Assembly: GCA_963717935.1 (NCBI GenBank) | Contig: CAVQXP010000004.1 | Coordinates: 1,888,001-1,952,000 of the forward strand | DNA length: 64,000 nt | Origin: Candidatus Eiseniibacteriota bacterium | GTDB lineage: Bacteria > Eisenbacteria > RBG-16-71-46 | Direction of reading: 5' to 3' | Shown: positions 8,623-15,311 of the stretch, in pieces | How the letters are laid out: each line of letters begins with the position of its first letter | How positions within the stretch are numbered: position 1 is the stretch's first letter | Program-made: the position numbers and the translations under genes | Notes under the pieces: model-generated | Told to the model about the DNA's origin: nothing | The model's database searches: none | Seen by the model: the letters and a program-made list of their open reading frames with translations, nothing else

Positions 8623-10512
8623 ATGGCCTTCGGTCTGGTGCAGGCTGTGCTGGATTCGCACGGGCTCGGGAGCGGGGGCCCGGAGCGTGGCCCGGATGCG
8701 GGAACGCGGCTCGTCGATCAGGTGCTGCTCGGCAGTGAACAGGCACCCCTCGTGGTCGCACTCCTGAGGCGCTCGGGCGTCGAGTCCGTGTGCGTGAGCC
8801 CCGCCCTGGTGGATCCCGGGTGTGGTGGGAACGGAGGGGAGGACGAGGCCGCGGGCGATTGGCGCCGCGCCGCGCTCGGACTCGGCCTGCTGCTTCCGCG
8901 GCCCGGGCACGGCGACATGAGGGTGCTCCACCGGGAACGGCTGGCGGCGCCGGGGCGCCTGGCGCTGTGCGCGGGACGGCTCGCGGACTGCGGAGCGCTG
9001 GGCATGCTGGCGGTGGAGACGGACGCGCTGGTCGCGGCGGCCGTGCTGGCGGGGGGGCCGTTCGCCCCGGGGGCGCCCCGGGTGCTCGGCGTGGAGCTTG
9101 CGGGGGCGTTGGCGCCTGCGGCGGGAGGTGTGGATCTCGCGCTGGCGTTGCTGTCGCGGTTGCGCGAAGTGAGTGAAGCGGTGGAGGTGCTCGAGTTCGG
9201 GGGGGCCGGAGTGGGGACGCTGGCGATGACGGAGCGGATGAGCGCTGCCTGGCTCCTGGGGGAGGCCGGGTTGCTGGCGATGTTCCCGTCGGACGACGTG
9301 ACCCGGGCGGAGCTGGCTGCGCTGGGGCGCGATCAGGACTGGCGCCGCCTCGATGCGACCGGCGAGGGCGATGGCGCGGTGTGGCGCGTGGACCTCGAGA
9401 GTCTCGATCCGCTGGTCGCCCCGATGGAGGAGCTCTGGGGTTCGCGCCGCGCGAGCGCGTTCGCGGGGACTCCGGTCGAGCGCGTGCTGGTGGGGCCGGC
9501 CGCCACGCTCGCCGATCTCGCGCGGCTTGGCGCGCGGTTCGAGGGCCAGCGCGTGCACGAGCGCGTCGAGTGCACGGTCGTGGTGGGGAGCCGCACCGTG
9601 CTCGACCGTGTCGCGGCGTCGGGTGTCGCGCAGCAGTTGACCGTCGCCGGCGTGCGCGTTACGGAGGGACAGGTGGCGGCCCACGCCGCGGGTTCGGGCA
9701 CCGGGCTGTGCTTTGGCGTGCCGCGGGAGGCCGTGGCGTCCGGTCGCGCGCGCTGGCTGGTGGCGGGCGTGGAATGCTGCGCGGCCGCGGCGCTGGCGGG
9801 GACCGTGACGCGACCCGGGCGCGACGGCGAGCCGGTGGTCCTCGAAACAGGGGACGGGCTCGACACGGATCCGTGGATGTCCGGAGGCGCGGGACGGCAA
9901 GCGCCGGCGCCGGCCGCGGAGCAGCCGGGGCGCGGGGCGCCGCCCGCTCCGCGCGGTCCGTTCCGTGGCGAAGTGCTCGCGGTGTTGGGCGACGAGTTGG
10001 AGTGCGCACGGTTGCTCGCTCCGGGCGCGCGCCTCGAGGGTCTGCGCGGCCGGCTGCGCTCGCTCGCGGGGCAACTGCTGGCGGGCATCGATCCGGGCTT
10101 CCCGGAACGTGCCCGTGAGCGGGGTGGGGGCTTCGTGGTGGCGGGGACGGGGTTCGCCCGCGGGGAGCCGTGTGCGGCCGTGGCTCTCTGCCTGGCTGAA
10201 TCGTCCGTCCGGGCCGTGCTGGCGCGTTCGTACGCGCCCGGGGCGGCGCAGACGCTGGTGAACGCGGGGGTGATGCCGTTGCTGCTGACGCAGGAGGGGA
10301 TGCCGGGGCCGCTCGAGCGTGGCGATGAAGTCGAACTGCCGGGGCTGCCGGGGACGCTCGTGCCGGCGCACCCGCTCACGGCCAGGAACCTGACGCGCGG
10401 CACGCACGTCACGCTGGGGCACGACTTGTCGGAACGGGCGATCGCAGTGCTGCGCGCAGGCGGGCTCCTGCCGTTCGTCACTGGCCGCGCGTGGAGCGCG
10501 GGGAGGCACTGA
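8623..10512 (+). CDS. Aconitase-superfamily protein, full length (three domains plus swivel) with degenerate active site
   Basis: Residual motifs RPGHG..LHRER..PG, GALGMLAV, GVELAG, LEFGGAGV, MFPSDDVT, VDLESLDPLVA, GGGFVVAG, AVLARSYA, LVNAGVMPL, LRAGGLL; 629-aa intact ORF. Confidence 0.8.
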   Translation: MAFGLVQAVLDSHGLGSGGPERGPDAGTRLVDQVLLGSEQAPLVVALLRRSGVESVCVSPALVDPGCGGNGGEDEAAGDWRRAALGLGLLLPRPGHGDMRVLHRERLAAPGRLALCAGRLADCGALGMLAVETDALVAAAVLAGGPFAPGAPRVLGVELAGALAPAAGGVDLALALLSRLREVSEAVEVLEFGGAGVGTLAMTERMSAAWLLGEAGLLAMFPSDDVTRAELAALGRDQDWRRLDATGEGDGAVWRVDLESLDPLVAPMEELWGSRRASAFAGTPVERVLVGPAATLADLARLGARFEGQRVHERVECTVVVGSRTVLDRVAASGVAQQLTVAGVRVTEGQVAAHAAGSGTGLCFGVPREAVASGRARWLVAGVECCAAAALAGTVTRPGRDGEPVVLETGDGLDTDPWMSGGAGRQAPAPAAEQPGRGAPPAPRGPFRGEVLAVLGDELECARLLAPGARLEGLRGRLRSLAGQLLAGIDPGFPERARERGGGFVVAGTGFARGEPCAAVALCLAESSVRAVLARSYAPGAAQTLVNAGVMPLLLTQEGMPGPLERGDEVELPGLPGTLVPAHPLTARNLTRGTHVTLGHDLSERAIAVLRAGGLLPFVTGRAWSAGRH

Positions 10513-10513
10513 G

Positions 10514-11539
10514 ATGCTCATCGATCAGGCGCGCATCCATGTGCTCTCCGGGCCGGGCGGGGAAGGCTGCGTGAGCTTCCGCAGGGAGAAGTTCGTGCCC
10601 AAGGGCGGGCCGGACGGGGGCGATGGCGGGCGTGGCGGCAGCGTGTTCCTCGAGGTGGACGCGCACGTGCGCACGCTGCTTGACTGCCGTGAACAGCCCC
10701 GGTACCGTGCCGACAGTGGCCGTCACGGCTCGGGCAACAGGCGCTCGGGCAAGGACGGGCGGGATCTCGTGGTGCGCGTGCCCCGGGGGACGGTGGTGCG
10801 GGATCCGGCGACCGGCGAGGTGCTGGTGGATCTGGTTCGCGCCGGGGAGCGCTTCGCGGCCGCACGTGGCGGACGCGGTGGACGCGGCAATGCGCATTTC
10901 GCGACCTCGACGCACCAGGCGCCGCGGCACGCCGAGCCCGGCGGGCCCGGCGAGGAGCGCTGGCTCGAGCTGGAGCTGAAGCTCATCGCCGACGTGGGCT
11001 TCGTGGGCCTGCCGAACGCGGGCAAGTCGACGCTGCTCGCGAGGGTGTCGAAGGCGCGGCCACGCATCGCGCCGTACCCGTTCACCACGCTGGAGCCGCA
11101 CCTGGGGATCGTGGTGCTCGACGACGAGCGCCAGTTCGTTGCTGCGGACCTGCCGGGGCTGATCGCGGGCGCGCACGAGGGCAAGGGGCTCGGCCATCAG
11201 TTCCTGCGCCACATCGAGCGTACGCGGGTGCTGTTGTTCATGGTGGAGGCGGGCGCGGAGGATCCGGCGCGCGACCTCGAGGTCCTCGAGCGGGAGGTGT
11301 CGTTGCACGGTCCGGCGTTGCTGGAGAAGCCCCGGCGCGTGGTGGTCACCAAGGCCGACCTGCTGCCGTCGGAGGACCACGCGGCTGCCTGCGCGAGCCT
11401 CGGACTCCCGGATGCGCGGCTGATCAGCGCGCAGAGTGGCGAGGGGCTGGCCCCGCTGCTCGAGGATCTCTGGGGGCTGATCGCCCCGAGCCTGGCGGCG
11501 GAGGACGCCGCCGCCGCGGACGAGGGCGAAGATGGGTGA
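10514..11539 (+). CDS. obgE: GTPase Obg/CgtA (short C-terminus)
   Basis: SFRREKFVPKGGPDGGDGG, DVGFVGLPNAGKSTL, YPFTTL, DLPGLI, TKAD. Confidence 0.97.
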   Translation: MLIDQARIHVLSGPGGEGCVSFRREKFVPKGGPDGGDGGRGGSVFLEVDAHVRTLLDCREQPRYRADSGRHGSGNRRSGKDGRDLVVRVPRGTVVRDPATGEVLVDLVRAGERFAAARGGRGGRGNAHFATSTHQAPRHAEPGGPGEERWLELELKLIADVGFVGLPNAGKSTLLARVSKARPRIAPYPFTTLEPHLGIVVLDDERQFVAADLPGLIAGAHEGKGLGHQFLRHIERTRVLLFMVEAGAEDPARDLEVLEREVSLHGPALLEKPRRVVVTKADLLPSEDHAAACASLGLPDARLISAQSGEGLAPLLEDLWGLIAPSLAAEDAAAADEGEDG

Positions 11540-12263
11540 CCAGAAGCACTCCCCGGGAAAGACCTACGACCCGCTGAACACACGCAGCCTGGCGGCCAAG
11601 CGCGAGTACGTGCGCGGCCTCGAGCAACGCCGCGACACCGAGGCCATGTCGCTGCTGGTCGAGTGCCTGTGCGACGAGTCCTGGTACCTGCGGCAACTGG
11701 CCGAGCAGGCCTTCCTGAACGTCGGCAGCGAAGGGGCCCCGATGCTCCTGCCGCTGCTGGAGGAGGGGCTGTGGTTCACGCGCACCAGCGCCGCCGGCAT
11801 CCTCGGGAAGCTGGGCTACCCGCCCGCCGTGCCGGGCCTGCTGCGCCTCACCGAGGACAAGAACCGCACCGTGGCCGAGGCCGCGTGCGAGGCGCTGCTC
11901 GCCGTCGGCCGCTCGAGCGGCGCGGTGCGGATCGCCCACGTCCTGCACCGCGTGCCGCCCGATGCCCGGCGCCGCCGGCTCGATGATCTCACGGCGCGCG
12001 ACGCGGCCCTGGCCGAGCGCATCCAACGCCTGATGACGAACGATGAGCTCATGGCGGTCGAGGATGCCGAGCTGCTCACGGACGACCACCCGCTGGTGCG
12101 GGCGAGCGAGGAAGGCTTCGAGTGGGAACTGCTCACCAGCCCGTCCGTGCCGAAGGTGCCCGCCGGGCCCGGGCCCCAGTCGGGGCCGCAAGGAACGTCC
12201 TCCCCGCAGTCCCAGGCCGAGCCCCCCGGGCGCACGGAGGATGACGGCGGTCCCACCGCTTGA
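11532..12263 (+). CDS. HEAT-repeat protein
   Basis: Repeated L..LL.D..W..R..A..AL..LG pattern (DESWYLRQLAEQAF, EGLWFTRTSAAGILGKLG, DKNRTVAEAACEAL); overlaps obgE. Confidence 0.75.
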   Translation: MGDQKHSPGKTYDPLNTRSLAAKREYVRGLEQRRDTEAMSLLVECLCDESWYLRQLAEQAFLNVGSEGAPMLLPLLEEGLWFTRTSAAGILGKLGYPPAVPGLLRLTEDKNRTVAEAACEALLAVGRSSGAVRIAHVLHRVPPDARRRRLDDLTARDAALAERIQRLMTNDELMAVEDAELLTDDHPLVRASEEGFEWELLTSPSVPKVPAGPGPQSGPQGTSSPQSQAEPPGRTEDDGGPTA

Positions 12264-13218
12264 AGCGCGGGTGCTCTTCTCACGCTCGCCCGCCGCAGCC
12301 GACCCGGAGTCGGCCTGGCAGGCTGCCGGGTCCGGGGAGCGCGTCGCGGCGGACCGTGCGGCGCGGGCGCTCGAACGATTGGGCGTGCGCGCTCCGCTGG
12401 CCGGCGAGCCCGACTACCCCGCGGCCCTGCGCGATCTTCCCGACGCTCCGCGCGTGCTGTTCGTGCGTGGCGTCCTGCCGGAGCGCGGCCGGTCGGTCGC
12501 CGTGGTCGGTTCGCGGGCAGCCACGCCGTACGGGATGGCGCAGGCGGCGGCCCTGGGTGCGGACCTCGCTCGCCTGGGCTACACCGTGGTGAGCGGTCTG
12601 GCGCGCGGAATCGACGGGGCCGCGCATCGCGGTGCGCTCGAGGCGGGTGGCGCGAGCGTGGCGGTGCTTGCCGGCGGCCTCGACGCGATCACGCCACGGC
12701 ATCACGCCGAGTTGGCCGAGTCGCTGTGCGCGCGTGGTGGGTTGCTGAGCGAGCGGGCGAGCGGGCCGCCGCCGTTCCGCGGGACGTTCCTCGAGCGCAA
12801 CCGGCTCATCGCTGCGCTGTCTGCCGCGACCGTGGTGGTCGAGGCGGCGAGGCGCAGCGGCGCGCTCGCGACGGCGGCCTGCGCGCGCCGGCTCTGCCGG
12901 CCGGTACTCGCCGTGCCCGGTGACGTGGACCGCGAGACGAGCCGTGGCACGCACGCACTGATCCGCGCCGGAGCCGCGCTGTGCGAGAGCGCGGGTGACG
13001 TGCTGAGGGTCCTCGGCGGTGGTCCGCGCCGTGGGGGCGAGGCGCCACCGGAGGCGCGGCTGGGTGCGGTGCTGCGGGCCGAGCCGCGCGGCGCGGCCGA
13101 ACTCGCTGCGGCAGCGGGCCTCGCGGTGGACGAGACGCTCGCGCTGCTGCTGCAGTTCGAGTGGGCGGGCGCGGCCGTAGCGCTGCCGGGACAGCGCTGG
13201 CGGAGGGCCCCATCGTGA
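12241..13218 (+). CDS. dprA: DNA-protecting protein DprA/Smf (short N-terminus)
   Basis: DYPAALRDLPDAP..LFVRG, VAVVGSR.ATPYG, VVSGLARGIDGAAH, FLERNRLIAALS, SGALATA; C-terminal winged-helix-like segment. Confidence 0.92.
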   Translation: MTAVPPLEARVLFSRSPAAADPESAWQAAGSGERVAADRAARALERLGVRAPLAGEPDYPAALRDLPDAPRVLFVRGVLPERGRSVAVVGSRAATPYGMAQAAALGADLARLGYTVVSGLARGIDGAAHRGALEAGGASVAVLAGGLDAITPRHHAELAESLCARGGLLSERASGPPPFRGTFLERNRLIAALSAATVVVEAARRSGALATAACARRLCRPVLAVPGDVDRETSRGTHALIRAGAALCESAGDVLRVLGGGPRRGGEAPPEARLGAVLRAEPRGAAELAAAAGLAVDETLALLLQFEWAGAAVALPGQRWRRAPS

Positions 13219-14138
13219 GGGCGAGCGACCGGGCGGTCTCGCTGCTGGCCCGCGGCACGCTGGCGGGCCTGCGCGCGCTGTCCTGGGAGAGGGCCCGGGC
13301 CGCGGGTGAGCGCCTGGGCGATGCGGCGCGCGGGCTGGGACTGCGGCGGCGCGTGGCGCAGGAGAACCTCGCGCTCGCCTTCCCGCAGTGGAGCACCACG
13401 GAGCGGGAGCGGGTGCTGCGGGAGCACTATCGCGAGCTGGGACGCGTGGTCGCCGAGTACGCGCACGTCGACCGGCTGGCGCGTGCGCCGCTGGGCGAGG
13501 TGTTCGTGGAGACGGGCGGGATGGAGATGCTCGAGCCGCTGAGGGGCCGCGGCGCGATCCTCCTGAGCGGCCACTACTCCAACTTCGAGCTGATGGGCGC
13601 CATGGTGGCGCGCCTGAACCCGGTGGACTTCCTGGTGAAGCCGCTCGCGAACGCGGGTGTCGAGCGGCTCATCGCCGGACGCCGCGCCGAGGCCGGCGTG
13701 GGCTGCATCCGCACGAGCGAGGGGACGCGGGGCGTCTACCAGGCGCTGGCCGCGGGGCGGTGGGTCGCGATCCTCGCCGACCAGGACGCGCGACGGAGTG
13801 GGCTGTTCGTGCCCTTCTTCGGCAGACCTGCGAGCACGGCCGTGGGACCGGCGCGCATGTCCATCAAGACCGGGGCGCCCATCGTGATGGGGTTCGCGGT
13901 GCGACGGCCCGATGGGCGCTTCGATCTGCAGGTCGAGGGTCCGCTCGAGGTGGCGGAGCCGGAAGCCCCCGACGCGGTGCTGCGGCTCACCGCGCACCAT
14001 GTGGCCGTGCTCGAGGCGCGGGTCCGCGCGCGGCCTGAGCTCTGGTTCTGGCTCCACCGACGGTGGAAGACCCGCCCGCCGTCCGGCGGACCGGGGGGCG
14101 GGTCGGCGGATTCCGCGACGGGAGGCGGGCGAGCATGA
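13215..14138 (+). CDS. Lipid A late acyltransferase (HtrB/LpxL family)
   Basis: NLALAFP, GHYSNFE (HxxxxE), LADQD, FVPFFG, PELWFWLHRRWK. Confidence 0.88.
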   Translation: MRASDRAVSLLARGTLAGLRALSWERARAAGERLGDAARGLGLRRRVAQENLALAFPQWSTTERERVLREHYRELGRVVAEYAHVDRLARAPLGEVFVETGGMEMLEPLRGRGAILLSGHYSNFELMGAMVARLNPVDFLVKPLANAGVERLIAGRRAEAGVGCIRTSEGTRGVYQALAAGRWVAILADQDARRSGLFVPFFGRPASTAVGPARMSIKTGAPIVMGFAVRRPDGRFDLQVEGPLEVAEPEAPDAVLRLTAHHVAVLEARVRARPELWFWLHRRWKTRPPSGGPGGGSADSATGGGRA

Positions 14139-14563
14139 GCAGCGACCGGGGCGAGACCGCATCGCGGTTCGTGGTCCGCGTGCGGTACGCGGACACCGAC
14201 CAGATGGGGATGGCGTATCACGGGAATTACATGCGCTGGTTCGAGGTGGGGCGCACGGAGATGCTCCGCGCGCAGGGCATGAGCTACCGGGAGGTGGAGC
14301 AGGCGGGCTTCCGGATGCCGGTCCTGGAGGTGCGCTGCCGCTATCTGAAGCCGGCGCGCTACGACGACGAGCTGGCGATCGAGACGGTGCTCGCAGACCT
14401 CGGGCGGGCGTCGCTGCGCTTCGAGTACCGCGTCGTGCGCCAGGCGGACGGCGAGTTGCTGGCGCGCGGCATGACGAAGCACTGCTTCCTCGACCCGGCG
14501 GGCCGGCCGGTGCGCCCACCGGCGTTCTTTGCCGATCTGCTGGAGCGGGTGACGCGGCACTGA
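14135..14563 (+). CDS. Acyl-CoA thioesterase, YbgC/FadM hotdog family
   Basis: VRVRYADTDQMGMAYHGNYMRWFEVGRTE, YLKPARYDD. Confidence 0.9.
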   Translation: MSSDRGETASRFVVRVRYADTDQMGMAYHGNYMRWFEVGRTEMLRAQGMSYREVEQAGFRMPVLEVRCRYLKPARYDDELAIETVLADLGRASLRFEYRVVRQADGELLARGMTKHCFLDPAGRPVRPPAFFADLLERVTRH

Positions 14564-14573
14564 GCGGGGGGCG

Positions 14574-14648
14574 GTCAGGGAGCCTGTACATAGTAGGGCC
14601 GAGCAGAGGCACCATGCGCTCGGCCCTACTATGTACAGGCTCCCTGAC
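14574..14648. repeat. Perfect 31-bp inverted repeat with 13-nt loop (REP/MITE-like palindrome or bidirectional terminator)
   Basis: GTCAGGGAGCCTGTACATAGTAGGGCCGAGC (14574-14604) is the exact reverse complement of 14618-14648. Confidence 0.92.
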
Positions 14649-14683
14649 TACGATGGTGGCAGGCGAGCAGAGGAAACGTGCGC

Positions 14684-14749
14684 TCGGGGAAGCTCGGACA
14701 GGGGAGCCGAGCGCACGGCGGCTCCGCTCCCCTGTCCAAGTTCCCCCGA
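14684..14749. repeat. Imperfect 29-bp inverted repeat (25/29) just downstream of the DUF3467 stop
   Basis: 14684-14712 versus reverse complement of 14721-14749, four mismatches. Confidence 0.75.
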
Positions 14750-14754
14750 CCGGG

Positions 14755-15063
14755 CTAGGACCTGAAGCCGAGCCCCTTGGCGGGATTCTGATCCCCGGGG
14801 AGCTTGATCGCGCCGAACTGCGCTTCGTAATTCTTGAGGTTCTGCTCGAGCGCTCCGAGCAGCGACTTGGCGTGCTGCGGGGTCATGATCACCCGGACGT
14901 GGACGCGCGCCTTGGGGAGTCCAGGGAGGGCGCGCGCGAAGTCGAAGATGACCTCGGAGGGGGAGTGGGCGATGAAGACGAGGTTGGAATAGATGCCCTC
15001 GGCTTCCTTCTCGCCCACCTCGACCTGGAACTGGGGCGGGACCTGGTTTTGGCCATTTTCCAC
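14755..15063 (-). CDS. DUF3467-family protein
   Basis: EGIYSNLVFIAHSPSEVIFDFA...RVIMTPQHAKSLL.AL..N...YE..FG signature; GTG start with SD AGGAG; strong codon bias. Confidence 0.9.
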   Translation of the reverse strand: MENGQNQVPPQFQVEVGEKEAEGIYSNLVFIAHSPSEVIFDFARALPGLPKARVHVRVIMTPQHAKSLLGALEQNLKNYEAQFGAIKLPGDQNPAKGLGFRS

Positions 15064-15143
15064 GATGGACTCCTGTTCACACCCAAAAGGCCCGGGACGG
15101 GGTGCCCTGCGAACGCGGGAGGGTCCCGCGAATGGGCTTCTGC

Positions 15144-15172
15144 ACGGTATGAGGAAAGCGCTCTAGCGTCAA
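15144..15172 (-). promoter_or_regulatory. Putative sigma70 promoter for DUF3467 gene
   Basis: Minus strand TTGACG-N17-TACCGT. Confidence 0.55.
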
Positions 15173-15246
15173 GCGGAAAGCTGAGTTACAGGTTTGCTGC
15201 AGCTCGGAGGAATCCCGCTGCGTGGTGTCAGTGGCGGGGTGGGCGA

Positions 15247-15261
15247 TGGCATGCGCCTTGC
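15247..15261 (+). promoter_or_regulatory. Putative sigma54 (-24/-12) promoter
   Basis: TGGCATGCGCCTTGC matches TGGCACG-N4-TTGC at exact spacing with one mismatch, ~50 nt upstream of the GTG start at 15312. Confidence 0.6.
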
Positions 15262-15311
15262 GCGGTTCCAGGGTGAGTGTACCCCACCATGCCCCCATCC
15301 GGGAGGTCCAC

